From the human T2T-CHM13v2.0 reference genome, Homo sapiens, in the NCBI RefSeq assembly GCF_009914755.1, contig NC_060930.1: 64,000 nt of DNA; one strand, written 5' to 3'. A model generated the notes under the pieces. It did not search any database. It had not been told where the DNA came from and saw only the letters and a program-made list of their open reading frames with translations. Made by a program: the position numbers and the translations under genes. Each line of letters starts with the position of its first letter. Positions within the stretch are counted from its first letter, which is position 1. This document shows positions 38,631 through 52,649 of this stretch, piece by piece.

Positions 38631-39869
38631 ATTTTCATGTAATTTCAGCCTTCACAAAACCCTGAGAACTCACCTAATGAGGAGGTTCAAGCATTCATGA
38701 TGAAGGATTCCTGTTATAGGTCATGGTGGTGGTTGTATCTTTCCACGAAGCAAAAGTACTCGTTATATTATTTTAGCACAACGAAAGTGTAAATATTTAC
38801 ATCAATACTTTTGAATTGAATATATATGGCACACACATTTCCCTCCACACACAAAAATGTTATATCAAATATCTTTATAAGACTATCTTATTTCAAACTA
38901 CATTGGAGTAAAAAGAAAATTCAGCGGTTTGGAGATTCAGTGATTAGAGAATAGAGCAAGACAGGAATAGAGAAAGCTAACTTAGAATTCTAGAACAATG
39001 ATATGGTTTATTGCAGCTCCAATTCAGAAATGAAAGCATGTGTGAGTGAATAAATGAGTGAGTGAATGAAATGAAATGTGTCTTCAGAGCCAGCCAATGA
39101 AAACAGCAATGGCAGTGAAGGGGCAAGGTGGCTGCTGACTTTTTTTCTTTATCTTTTTTTTTTTAAATGTCCAGGCAGCTATGAATGCAGCTATGAATGC
39201 AAAACCAGTGGCATAAGAGTTACCCATCTTTTAGCTTCTAATATGAACTGAAAATATCTGTGTCGTTAGATCTTTTGCAGCTGAAGACACTTTATTATTA
39301 TTATTTTCTAATAAAACATAACCTCTCAACAAACCAACCCCCATACTCCATTCCACCTTCCCCCAGTGTTACCTTTCTAATCAGACTCAACCACTGAAGG
39401 ATTTAAAACTTGGCCAGTCAAAAGGGGAAAGAGTCTCTCTTCTGTGAAACTGTGTCTGTAAAGCCTGGCTTTTGCCCAAGCCACAGGAACTTTAAACAGT
39501 CTGCTAGCTCTGTAGGCACAGACAGGTTCAAGCACAGAGTGGGATGAAAGCTGCTACCAGGCTTTTAATCTTGCAGGTTGCAGAAGCCCTTGATGTTTTA
39601 TGTCTTATTCTCTCAAAGATGGTTTATAAATTTATGACAGCAAAGTAAAAATATTGTTAAAATTTATTTGTTATGTTATATCAAAAGAGGGAAAAGTGGA
39701 CGAAAAATAGATAAATTATTCTGAATATGAGTATTTATTTAGATTCAGAAAACGATTCAGATTGTCAGAAAGATTTACATTCACAACCTTGGTTTTACGT
39801 TTAATTCAACTCCAACATTTTTCAAAAATAAACTTTATTTTCATTTTGACGGCATAAAATAAAAGGAGA

Positions 39870-40060
39870 GCAGCTCTGAACCCTAGCTTTGACAGTCAAT
39901 GCCTATGTGACTTGGGAGAGTTCCTACCTCAGTATCTTTGTTTATAAAACAGGAAAATTATTATATATGTTGACTAAATACATAAATGAATATGTGAATG
40001 TGTGAAAGAAGTGCCAAGAAAACACAAAACTTCAATAGTTAGTCAATTTTATTAGCATTA
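39870..40060 (+). mobile_element. MIR SINE
   Basis: tgaaccctagcttt...tatgtgacttggg...cctcagtatctttgtttataaaacagga. Confidence 0.6.
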
Positions 40061-43000
40061 ATAGCACTACATCATTTTATTTGGCTTTTATACATACTGG
40101 TAATTGGATACTCTACCTTTTAAAATGTTCAAATGAATATGGAACATATAAGTCATATTGGAACTTATACTCAACAGATAGGTTTGGAAAGTATTGACCT
40201 ACATTTGCCACTCTGTTGAGATTTCTGGCTCAAACATTAAACCAACTAAACTACACCTAAAAATGTCCTGATCATTTTGGGGGTTAGTGTATACAGATAA
40301 TAGATACCCATTGTCTAGGTGCTACACTTAAAGAGTAAATAAAGAATTTTTTTTTAATCTGGCAGCATTACACAAGTTATGGGGGGTGGGAGCAACCTCC
40401 AATGTGACATCTGAGATCATGATTCATTCCAATAAACAAAGTATATGACCCTTTAAGAAAGCTTTCTTCACACATTCTTTCAAAACTCTTTTTATCAAAA
40501 AATAATTTTATTTTTCTTAAATGTATACTACTCATCATGCATTTTTTTCTCAGTTTACCTCATCCTATTATTGGCACAAAAAAATAAATCAAATTACCTC
40601 CAAATTTTACTGATGTCTATTACACATTTTTTGTCCTGATTCAGCCCTGATATGTTGATCCATAGGCTATGTGAAGGACTTACCCTACTTTTTTTAAATT
40701 CTAAAAATCTAAAGAATGAAACAAATTACAGAAATTATATTTAACTGTAGATGAAATTATACAGAAGAAAAGACGTTTTAGGAGTGATACTACAATAAAC
40801 AATCCCTACATAGTTTTTGAAGTGAACAATTAGGTGACTTTATTCATACTTAACATTTGAACATGAATAGACTGAATTTCTTCAAATATATGTGTGGAAA
40901 AAAACTTGTCAGGAAGAAGTTTATAAAAATAAAAGTAGGTAGGATAGAGTTAAGAGACAATTTATAAATTGTCCTCTGATATGATTAAGAGGCTTTTAAA
41001 ATCATCAGAGTCAGTCATAACAATATAATTACTTTATAATCTATGTGGTTATTCTTTTTCATTTACATTATCAGTTTCTGCACTTTTACTACTTCGGCTC
41101 CCTTTCTATCCCACTGTCTTTAACTATTGCATTTGCATTTCTTTTTTGTGTTACAACTGAGAATATTGATTATAAAGTACAATGACATATATTTTCTGAG
41201 GTTGCTCCAAGTAGTGGTGGGTGTAGGTAAAATGTTTACCGAAAGACATTGCTAAGTTTAAACAGGGCCTACAAATATTTTATGCAGTGAAATCTTTTGC
41301 AGATGTAGAGATCTTTGAGTCTGTATTGTCAAGAAACTCCCAAAATTGTTTTCAGAAGTTTTACTGAACTTCTGAAATTGAATTACACTAACCTTATTTG
41401 TCTACAGAAGTTGTAAAATATGATCTGCTTGAAATAATAATGTAGCCAGTAGATATATTTATTACTTAATGGTAAAGACATTTGCATTCTTCTCATTCAG
41501 TTAAATTTAATTCAACAGGTTCATGGGACAATTGACCAGACATGATGAGAGCTAATCATAGTCTATCTCTTTAAAAAGCCCAACTTTATGTTATGTTTGT
41601 AATGTTTTGCCTCATTATTTTCCCTTATAACATCCTGGTAATAGTAACTAATAATAGAAATGAGTTTGGGAAAAGCATTATCTTAGTAATTTCTGATACA
41701 ATCTCCTTCTCACACAACCATTCTTGTTCTTCTATGCAAGATGTTCTTTTTTCTCTGATTATGTTCTTGCTCTGCAGGCTGTAGTGGTTTGCAAGAGTGA
41801 TTGAAAGCTTCGGAAGTGGAGTTGAAAACTTGTGAATCACACTGTTTACCAAAAGGCAAAGAAAGAAAAGTTGGCCACTGCTCACACTTATCCAGTTGCT
41901 TTTATGATGTCTTTAGAACAGGGAAAATGATGCTAGCAGCTACATTCCAGTTTGTGTGGGGTGAGTGGGAAAACAGAAGAGAGGAAGGCAGGGTGCTCCA
42001 GTGACCTGGATAAAGACTTGATTACGGCAGTTTCCTTTTGTGTAAATAATTCTCAAGTAAAAAAAAAAAATCTAAAAGTAGAATAATAGAATAAAGGGGT
42101 GGGAAAACATCATAGTTTGAAACTGTGTGAGATATTATACACTTAAATTTACAAAGGGAGTTATCATTAGCTAAAAAGGCTATTGATATTATTTATTATT
42201 TATTTTTTAAAATAAGATATAAAAGAGAGATTAGAAACATTTTTATTTGAATACTTCTTTAACAATTTTTCCTGCACTTACCCTATTGAATAGTATGTGT
42301 GCAATTACTATTCTGAAATTTAAGCTACAAATGAACACTTAGCACTTGAGATAATTCACTTTCTAGACACAGAACAAACAACAACACTCAACACTAAAGT
42401 AGTAAGTAATTCACAGTAATAATCCCAGATCACTTGGAGAGGAGAAAAAAAGAGAAAAACTAAAATAATATCATTTTTTCAAAATGTGGATTTTCTTTTC
42501 TTCTCTTATTTGTCCCTCTCGTCATTGGGTGAGAGTGGTGTCTACATAGGACAAAAAAATAACAATAATAAGGTTTTTTCCTGAAGCAAAAGTTGGCTTC
42601 TTAAAATATGCTTCCTTCAAATTGACTTTGTTGTATGAGCTAACGCAATGATAATAAGGGAAGGCAGTTAACGTAGTAACAAGTTTGAATTCAGAAAATG
42701 TGACAGGCAATAGGTTGCTGACTACTTACAATATACTTGAAGGCCTGTCCCCCTGTAGAAATGAATAGTTGTATACATGATAAAATCAGGATAAGAGGTT
42801 GAATTTAAGTGTATACAATAAGTATAAGCTGTAAGTGTAAACTGAATACAATAACAATTTATAACATGAATACATGTAAATTACTCAATATCTTAAATAT
42901 ATTGATATAAAATCAGCTTAACTCATTTTTTTCTAATATGTGAAAGTAGTTGCTCATAAATGATCTTACATATTCTGAAAAGCTTCATGTGGAGTAGAAC

Positions 43001-46000
43001 AGTAGTTTTTATATTAGCTTAACCTTCAATAGCTGAAGGATTACAAATTAATGCAAAAATTTCCTAAAATTAAAGCTGCTATGTGGAAGAAATTAAATGG
43101 GGTATGATCTTCCTTTGGGTTTAAGGCATGCAGAGGGGACAGTCTAATTTTTTTTCCAAAATGAAATATTTCCTAATTTAGTTTTTACTTTCCTTTCTTA
43201 GTTATTTCTCTTTTATTCATAAGGCTCTAGTTAAAAGAACAGTAATTAATTTGTTCCTTTCATTTACTTGTGTAATAAAATAACCTGAAAAGTACTCTGT
43301 GCTCACACTCCTGTTTGACTCAGTTATAACAGACCAGTTCTTAGATGTTTTTACAGCTAGTCCCTGAGACCTTCCAAACCAAGTGAATAAATCCTCAATA
43401 AATTGTCTGACATTTTCAAGTGCTAAAATAGTTCAAATAGTTTCCTATATCCTGTGCCCCTCCTCATTTTATTTCACATCTGTGTTTGCCACTAATTAAA
43501 GCCATCTCTTTTTTATTATTCTTCAAATGTGGAGGCTTTAAAAATATTTTTCTTTAAAAAATATCTGTTATACAATTATATATTTTTACTGCTATGCAGG
43601 TTAATTTGGCTGACTGGGGTGTACCCCCTGCCTCAAGCGAGAATGTTTTAAATTTTTTCTTAGGGAAACTAGTATGAAGTAAAGTTAATATTATATTTAT
43701 AGTAAGGTAACAGGTATTTGTCCTATTTATTTGGATATAAATTAGATTTTAAAACAGATTTTAATTATAACTTTATTTTGATTTCTGTATGCATTTGACC
43801 CAAAATGGCTAATCAAAAAATAGGAAAAAAGTTTTAAGAATTGCTTATTTTGTTTTCAACATTTTATGAGACTTACGATGCTACCACCAAGTCCTTCTTT
43901 TTCTTTCCTTCCCCCACCCTGCCCAGTAAAGTACTTCAGTAGGACTGCAAGGGAATGCAAAGAAAGTTACCCAGGTTACCAATCTTCCCTTGAGGGGTAT
44001 GTGTGCATATCTATGTTTTACATTTTGGGGTGTCACATTTATTTTCAGTCATGCTGAAAAACAATTGTATTATGAATATTTATGATGCCATTTATTCTGG
44101 ATTTTCTTACTATTTATTTTCACATGTATAATAAATCTTGTTTATATAAGAGCCCCTATAAAGATTCTCTCATCACTGTTACATCATATTTTCTACATAT
44201 AATATGACACACATAATATTCAGATAAAACTTCCAAACTCACTGGTAACTATACAGCCCTAAAAAGAGGCAGTGGGTGCTTTACACAGGAGTACCAAAGG
44301 TAAAGAGGTACCCACACTAAAAGATTCAATTGTATGAATCGAAACTCCAAAAATGTAAAAGAAAACAAAAACAAAGGCAGAAAAGACTAGTAAATTTGGA
44401 AAATTTGCTTTTATATTTGCATGGTGTCTGCTTTGCAAATGTGTATGGGATGTAATAGGACACAAAAGCAGTATCTCTTTCTTCTGTTTTTCTTCTACCC
44501 TCAAACATTTTGAAAGTTCCAGTGAGCCAACAATTGAACATGAGTGTCATGCAAGAATTGTAATAGTAATAGGAAAAAGAGTATCTATTTTTGCAAAACA
44601 TTGCTTTTCATTCCAGCAGTAGAAAATATGCACGGCTGTTTATCTTGGTTTTGCTGCTCCTTTGCACTGTCCAACATGGGCTGGCTGGCTGGAAGTCTTT
44701 CCACAGTCGCTTACAAGAGCTTCACTATTCGTTAGAGCAATAAGGAGATGCTTTTGAGTGTGTTGAGTTAAAAGCTCCATTTAGTCTTTCAATCAATCTG
44801 CTTATGTAACTTAAATATTTTTAGTGCCCAGGAGTTCAAAGCAGCTAATGTGTTGTGTTTCAAAATGACAAATAGAACACACTAAAAACAGCATTAGAAT
44901 GTTTTCCTAAGCAAGTTTCAGGGAAATATGTGGTGCTCTGAATGGAACTCCACATAGCATTTTGGCCATCTGAGCATTTCCTTCTCTGTGCTCAGGCTTC
45001 AGTGAGTCATTGTGCCTGGCCTTCTCTGCTCCCAAAAGGTCTGGGCCTGACCATGAACAAGCAGTAAGCAGAAGCGGATTTCAAATGCAGCTCCCCAGTG
45101 ACAGAAAGGAAATATTCCTTCTGGTTATTTATTGATGAGCTAAGTCCAGATATAGATGCCAGTTTCACTCAATAGGGCATCTTTGTGGCTTGGCCCTAAT
45201 CTTGAATGGCAGCCAAGAAATTCCTACCAGGAGTTACCAAGAGAACAAACTCTTTCTTACTGAGGTATGAGATATTAATAAACTTGTAGAATTAATTCAT
45301 TCTAGGGAAACTATTAAGAGGCATTTTTACTATAGACTGACTGTTACCAGGAAACTAGTTGAGATATTATAATAGCTCAATAGCATTTTAGCCTCCTTTC
45401 ATTTCCAGAGGCATTTATTAAAATCTTATTAGTTGAAAATATCACAGTCTTGACTCACTTGCTGATCAAAATGTGACACTAAATGTATTCTCTGGAGAAA
45501 GAAAATAATTCTTATTAGTGCACTTCCTTCAGCAGTTGCTGTCTTAAAATTAAAAACTTTTTTAAAATACTGAATTTTATTTAACTATTGTAATTAGAAT
45601 ACAAGGTCCAGAATAAAATTGCAAAAGCTATTTTTATCACCCCAAATGTAAGGAATACATATAATTCAGTTGCTTTTCACATAAATTGTACACCACATGG
45701 AAGGTCTGTTGAGTAAGAATGTCAGTTTGTAGATGGAAAACTAAAAGTTTCATTGATGGTCATGTTATAGGACATCTTTCTTATAATAATATACTAAAAT
45801 ATAGTCCTATGTGAAGATTCATTTTGATTACTTGAATATATAGCCACGTACTTTAATTCAAAAATTTCCAGCTTGTAAACTAATGCGTTTAATTTGAGTT
45901 AGCCAAACAATTGATGTATGCTAAGAAAACTTAAATTTATCCCACAAGAATATGTGACTGTAAAGTTTGATAAGGCTAATAGATTTTTCAGAACATGTTT

Positions 46001-46279
46001 TGAAGGCATATTGCTCTCCTCAAAAAATATAAGACCTCTGTATTTTAATTACATAATACATTTAAATGTATTTGTATTCGTCCCTTTTTATCTTCTTTCG
46101 GCTTCTAAGACTACCTATATCAGACCACTCCCAAGTCTTCACACAAAAAGGCTTGCATGGTGATGACTCACTATTCTCTACAAGTTCAGGCCTACAAATT
46201 AGCATACATAAAAGAAGTTATGGTCATTAATTACAAAACGGGGTTATTTTATACCATTTTCTCAATCTCATTTTCCAAC

Positions 46280-49200
46280 AATGCATTGTGACAATCCTTT
46301 CACATTAACCTGTATAGATCTAATTTATTATTTTTAATAAATTATCAAGTAGCTTTGCCTTAATTTATTATCCATTTCTATATTGATTTATATTCAATTT
46401 TTGTTTATTTTTATCTATTACAAGGTAACAAACTTATGCTTTTATACTTATAGGTGTTTTGTTTCCCTGTGATGAACACCCAGGAATGGAATTTCTGGGT
46501 TAAAGGCTCAATGTATTTTGTATTTTAAGAAATATTGCCAGGCTCCTTTCCAAAAAGGGTTGCAGCAATTTACATTTCCATTAGCAATATGTGAAACTAC
46601 CCTTTCCCTAGGAAAATAAGTATTCTAGCTCTTATAATTGTTGCTGATTTAGTGAATACAGAATCATGTAGTATCATAACTTATCAATTAGGAAAATGTA
46701 AATTAGAAAGTTACTCATCTTTGGTTTGCCAATTTCTGGGTTAAAGGCTCTATGTATTTCTGACATTTTTAAGGAAATATTATTGTTAACACTTTAAATT
46801 CCATCAGCAATATGTGAAACTAACCTTCCTCTACGAAAATAAATATTGTAGTGCTTCCTAATTGTTACTAATTTAGTAAGTACTAAATAATATAATATCA
46901 TAATTTAATTTTATTATCAATTAACAAAATGTAAATTAGAATAACAGTTAATAGTCTGACCATTTAGATTTACCTTTCTGACTTCCTTTTTTGGCTTTTT
47001 ATTTTCTATAGGTTATATTTACATATTTGCTGCCAACATTTACGTTGAGTTTTTTTTTTTTTAATTTCTAGGAACTCTTTGTCTATTCTAGATAAAATCT
47101 CTCTATTTCATTTAACAGTATTTTTTCCAAATTTCTTTTTTTCTATTAAGTTCCATATAATATGCTTTACTATAAAAAGCTTTAATTTATAGTAAATTAT
47201 TGAATGTAGAATTTTTGAAAAGCCTCTTGGTTTCCAGTTTGGGTTAAGAATTCTGCAATATTCCTGAAGTTTGCATGAGATGTCACTCCCTGATTCATTT
47301 GTAATACTTTATTTTTTAACGTTGATATGTAAAATCCTTAGTCTATCTATCTGTAATAGATTTTTGTCAGTGTGTCAGGCCCTGCTCTATGCATGATTGT
47401 GCAAGGCTTGCACTGAATAACACTATGAGGCACCATTCACAGAACAGGTACAATTATCTTGACAATTTCTAATAGATGGAAACAAAGTTGAGTAAGGCAA
47501 TTAGTAAATAACACTAGTTTACTGTCATAATAAATTATTATAAAATTCTGTATTTGTGTTCATAAATAACATTTCTCTATAGTTTTCTCTAGTTATATTT
47601 TTGGGGGGGGTTATAGTGGTATTAGAAAATAAACTGGACACTTTCCCATCATTTCCCATGCCTGAAATTCTTTTAATAGTATTGAATTTTTTTACATGTT
47701 AGATAAAGTATGGCCCTTATCTAATCTATGTCTTTTTGTATTAGTGAATTTTAATCAGTTTTCTAACTTTTCTATCATTATTAGTCTATTCAAATTTCCA
47801 CTTGATCTTGGATCAATTTTAGTAATTTGTACTTTCTAGAACAATCCTATATTTCCCAAAGGTTTTCAAAACTATTGCTATGGAATTCTGTGTATTAGTC
47901 TTTCAAAAATTGTGTAAGCTTTCTTGTGGTTTTAATCATATCTTCTTTCTTCATACTAGTTTTAAAAGTTATTCTTTACCTAGTGTTGTTTTCTTTATTT
48001 TCCTTAATTAGGCATATAAAGTGTTCCTTTTACTAGCCTTTGTGTAGAATCAGCTTTTGGATTTATTTACCCATTCTAATATTTTAGGGGGCTACTAAAT
48101 TTATTAATTTTAATTTTAAGTTTAATTAGTCTAATCTATTTTGTTTTTATTATTTTGAATTTTTTTAAGTTAATTACTTGGTGCCCTTTAAAAATGTTCT
48201 TCTGTCATGATGAAGGCATTTAAGTTTTACACTTTTCTTCCTTTAAATACTGAGTTGTGTATAATCATTAGATTTTAATATAAATTGTTCTCATTTGTAT
48301 TGCTTTCTATGTTGTATATAATTTTTCCTTTTAATTTCCTAAATGTTTCAAGTGTTGTTTAGTATTCTTAATTTTACATATAATGTACTCTGATCAAACC
48401 TACATGTTTTTCTAATAGTACTAGATTATAATACACAATGTGTGCTGCAACACCTCCATTATTTAATACTTTTTTATGTTTTATTTTTTTCAAGTAGCTA
48501 TTTGAATTTGTGTAAATATTCACTGGTCTAAAAAATGCTTATTTTCATTTCAAAGGCAATGCTTTAAACAAATATAAATTGTTTGATTATTTGCCTTTGT
48601 ATATCCACACTTGTATTTCAGCTTCCAGATGTATCAAATGTAGAGAAGTGAAATCATCCTACATAATTGTATTTTTGTGTATTCTCTGTGTATTTCTAAC
48701 CGTTTTTACTTTTTATATTTAGCTGCAACTTTTGTGTTACAGATTTTTTACTATGATTTCTTTCAGAAAATCATATAACTATGTAATGAAATCTTGTTTA
48801 AATTCAACTTTATTTGGTATTACTGGAACTGCTGCTATTCCACTTTAAGTGCACTTCCTGATTTCTTTTTTACCAATTTCTTTATCTTCACTTTTTAAAT
48901 CACATTATTATTAGTGTTTCTGTAGATGGCACCAATAATCGTTTCTAATCTAATCTTGCCATTTCTATCTTTTAATAGTACTATTCATTTACATTTAGTA
49001 TGAAAAATATTTAATTTTAGTTTTTTCTTTTATTATATTAATACATTTTTACATTATGAATTGCTCAATTATTTCACCTTTTCTAGCTAATTTTAAAGTT
49101 TATTTACTTTCTCTTCCTTGCAACTTGTAATAAAAATAGCTTACTCTACTTTATATAAAAAAAAATCAAGTTTTTCCTTCACCTACTATTAAGGGCTCTT

Positions 49201-49450
49201 ACTGCTTTCCTCCACATCCTAATAAGATGAAACCTTTAGAATTATCTTCATTTTACATCCTCCTTCCCTTCTCTCACCCATTAGATAAAATTTAGAAATA
49301 AGTTTATTAATATCACTTTATCCAACTCTAGGGTGTGAAATTTTCTTGTGTTTTATTTCTTCTATAGTAACCATACTTCATGTTACACTTTATGTTAACA
49401 AACAATCTAGCATTATCCATTTTTATTTAACCATACATTATATAAACCAA
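46280..49450 (-). mobile_element. Long, highly degraded antisense L1ME-type LINE (3'UTR into ORF2); remnants probably continue to ~50240
   Basis: cccaggaatggaatttctgggttaaagg...aatattgccagg...ttacatttccattagcaatatgtga is an L1M 3' region. Strong T-rich skew over about 3 kb. Confidence 0.65.
47378..47452 (+). mobile_element. MER91-like hAT-Tip100 fragment
   Basis: caggccctgctctatgcatgattgtgcaaggcttgcactgaataac...ggcaccattcaca. Confidence 0.5.
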
Positions 49451-49464
49451 ATTAGATATATCAA

Positions 49465-49590
49465 ATTAATCATGTATTCATCTATCAGATAATTTTGGAA
49501 TGCTTATTTTATGTGACTCTTCAAGCTCTGGAGTCTAGCCATGACAAAACAAACACTTTTGCTGTCATGGAGTCTGCATCCTAGTAAGCT
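49465..49590 (-). mobile_element. L2 3'-end relic
   Basis: attcatctatcagataattttggaatgcttattttatgtg...tgctgtcatggagtctgcatcctagt. Confidence 0.6.
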
Positions 49591-49700
49591 TTTCATCATT
49601 TAGTCTACTCCTTGATTTCTCCATCTCAAATCCCATTATGGCTGATTAGTAGTAGACGGTGGTATTTAATCAAATATTTTCCTTTGATAAAATAAGTGAA

Positions 49701-50097
49701 TGCTGTGGTTTGAATATGCCCTCCAAAGTTCATGTGTTGGAAGTTTAATCCCCAGTGTAACAATGTTGAGAGGTGGGGTGTTTAAGATGTGATTAGGTCA
49801 CAGGTTTCTGCCATCATGAGTGGATTAATGCTGTTGTAATGAATGTAGATTAGTTACTGTGGGAGTGGGTTCCTAATGAAAGAATGAGTTTGGTCCCCTT
49901 TCTCTCTCACATGTGTGTGCTCTCTTGCCCTTCTGCCTTCCACCATGAGACAATGTGACAAGAAGGCTCTCATCAGATGGAGCTCCTTGATCTTTGACTT
50001 CCCAGCATGCAGGGCCATAAGCCAAATAAACATCTATTGTTTATAAATTACCCAGTCTCAGGTATTCTACTATAGCAGCACAAAATAAACTAATCCA
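49701..50097 (+). mobile_element. MST-family (MSTB/MSTC-like) MaLR solo LTR
   Basis: tgctgtggtttgaatatg...aaattacccagtctcaggtattct...ctaatcca. Perfect 5-bp TSD gtgaa at 49696-49700 and 50098-50102. Confidence 0.92.
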
Positions 50098-50342
50098 GTG
50101 AACAATAATTTTCTTGAATTTTTTCAGTTTGCTGAATAATATCTTTGGGCAGCCTTTTTTACTCTACTGTAATGTCCCATGTTGCATATGAGAAATTAGA
50201 TGCTAATCTTGCATTTTACCATTTGTAGATAACTTAAAGAGAGAAGTATACGTGTCTATACTTGTGTGTGTGTGTGTGTGTGTGTTTCTGTGTGTATGAT
50301 AGAACTAAAAAAAAAAAAAAACTGTGGCTATTAGTTGGATAA

Positions 50343-50705
50343 TGATATGGTTCAGCTCTGTCCCCACCCAAATCTCACCTTGAATTGTAATAATCCCCAC
50401 ATGTCAAGGGTGGGACCAGGTGGAGATAATTGAATAGTGATGTTAGTTTCCCCCATACTGTTCTCATGATAGTGAATAAGTCTCATGAGATCTGATGGCT
50501 TTATAAATGGGAGTTTTCTGCACAAGCTCTCTCTTTCCTGCCACCACGTAAGATGTCCCTTTGCTCTTCCTTCATCTTTCGCCATGATTGTGAGTCTTCC
50601 TCAGCCATGTGGATCTGTGAGTCCATTAAGATTAAGCCTCTTCCCTTTATAAATCACCCAGTCTCAGGTATATTTTTATTAGCAGCATGAGAACAGACTA
50701 ATACA
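50343..50705 (+). mobile_element. THE1C-like MaLR solo LTR
   Basis: tgatatggttcagctctgtccccacccaaatctc...gaacagactaataca. Perfect TSD gataa at 50338-50342 and 50706-50710. Confidence 0.95.
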
Positions 50706-50850
50706 GATAAAAATGTGGAAGACATAAATAAAAGATGACACGCATATACTGTATATACATTTACTGTATATAGCTTAAGAAAATGGTTGATGCTGGTAAA
50801 ATTTAATGAGGTAAGAACCGCAACTGGGAGAACAAAATTAGGTGGAGATG

Positions 50851-51167
50851 GGTCGGGCGCGGTGGCTCATGCCTGTAATCCCAGAACTCTGGGAGGCCGA
50901 GGTGGGCGGATCATGAGGTCAGGAGATGGAGACCATCCTGGCTAACACGGTGAAACCCCATCTCTACAAAAAATACAAAAAATTAGCCGGATGTGGTGGC
51001 ACGCACCTGTAATCCCAGCTACTCGGGCGGCTGGGGCAGGAGCATCGCTTGAACCTGGGAGGTGGAGGTTGCGTGAGCCGAGATCGCGCCGCTGCTCTCC
51101 AGCCTGGGCGACAGAGCGAGACTCTGTCTCAAAAAAATAAATAAATAAAATAAAAATTTAAAAAAAT
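50851..51167 (+). mobile_element. Young Alu (AluSc8/AluY-like), CpG-rich
   Basis: gagaccatcctggctaacacggtgaaacccc diagnostic. 17-bp TSD aaaattaggt(g/a)gagatg at 50834-50850 and 51168-51184. Confidence 0.96.
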
Positions 51168-51313
51168 AAAATTAGGTAGAGATGATGAATTTAAATCAGA
51201 ATTCTGGGATCAAACCATGAAGAGACTGAGGTTAAAAACAGGAGAATTTTCAATGTTCTCTTTCACTGGTAATTGTTCTAATTACTGCGAAGAGATAGGA
51301 AACACTACGGAGA

Positions 51314-51592
51314 AGCTGGGCGCAGTGGCTTATGCCTGTAATCTCAGCACTTTGGGAGGCCAAGGCGGGCGGATCACCTGAGGTCGGGAGTTCAAGACCA
51401 GCCTGACCAACATAGAGAAACCCCGTCTCTAGTAAAAATTAAAAAAAAAAAATTTAGGCCAGGTGTGGTGGCACATGCACATTCCTGTAATCACAGCTCT
51501 ACGGGAGGCTGAGGATGCAGTGAGCCGAGATCGCGCCATTGCACTCCAGCCTGGCCAACAAGAGAGAAACTCCGTGTCAAAAAAAAAAAAAA

Positions 51593-51624
<32 letters not shown>

Positions 51625-51632
51625 ATGAAGGA
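51314..51632 (+). mobile_element. AluSp-like SINE with right-arm deletion and (GAAA)n tail
   Basis: ggtcgggagttcaagaccagcctgaccaacatagagaaacccc. TSD aaacacta(c/t)ggaga at 51300-51313 and 51633-51646. Confidence 0.94.
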
Positions 51633-51859
51633 AAACACTATGGAGAGACTCTCCTAGAGAAGCCAGAAATGTCTTAGGACTGTTTTGCCAACAGAAAGAT
51701 ATATGCTAAGTTTTAGGGGGTATAAGTTTTAAAATTAAGAAATATAAAACTTGCTATGCAAATTTCTGAGTTTTGGTTTCCTTATGTCAAATAGTTGTAA
51801 TCAATGCACTGAATATGGGTTCACAAGTCAAGAAGGAATTCTTCCCACCGAAGTAGTAT

Positions 51860-52050
51860 GTACAGTAGTTAAGCAAATAAACTCTAGAGCCAGGCTACTG
51901 TGGTTTGGATGAAAGTTTTCCTCTATAATACTTCTGTGGTATTGGCTGAGCTAATATTCTACTTAAATATTCTTATCTGAAAAAGTATATTAAATCCAAC
52001 CTCACAGAATTTTAGCAATAATTATGTGAATTAAGTGAATTAATAACTGT
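51860..52050 (+). mobile_element. MIR SINE
   Basis: gtagttaagcaaataaactctagagccagg...ttcttatctgaaaaag...aacctcacagaatt. Confidence 0.65.
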
Positions 52051-52649
52051 ATAATTCTTATGAAAATAAGAAATTGGAATTTTTTGTTTGTATTTGGACA
52101 TCAACTACTGCAGAATGTGTTTCCACATTAAATGTATTTACTTGTCCTGATTGTAGCGCTTTAGCATGAACTAGCAGATTAAGCATTGTTTTCAGGTTTT
52201 CACATATATTATTTGCTAGCACAGGTACATAGGATAATAACAAATAAATCCAAGATTACTCTAATGTTTCTGTTTGTGGTATGAGACCACTAATGTTGAC
52301 GAACATACATAACATTCATTAATGTTTAACATGTCATCATAGTAGGACATAGTGTTGCTTTGTATCAAAAGTATTAATTTCTGAAACAAAACACTTGATG
52401 CCAAAAAAAGTCAAAGCCAGTAGATCTCCTCATGGAGCAAATATATAGAAATAATAAAAAAGATGTAATAATAACCACCATTATCCCCCAAACATGTGGA
52501 CATTTCAAGATCAGAAATCCCTGAGAAACAAACAAGAAAGAGTAGAGTGAAGTAACAGTAATCATGAGAAACTGTGGTTGAAAACAAGCATGGAAACATT
52601 CTATCATGGAAAATAAAAAAATATATATATTAGAATATTCAACTCAGTA

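Noticed and set aside
39174-39200. Tandem gcagctatgaat x2
   Set aside because: A simple 12-bp slippage duplication with no further structure.
31900-46200. Short 60-90 aa ORFs in the unique region as micropeptides or exons
   Set aside because: Composition is that of AT-rich random frames, many use non-ATG starts, and none has recognisable motifs or consistent splice sites.
50851-51167. CpG-rich patch as a CpG-island promoter
   Set aside because: Entirely explained by a young Alu with a TSD.
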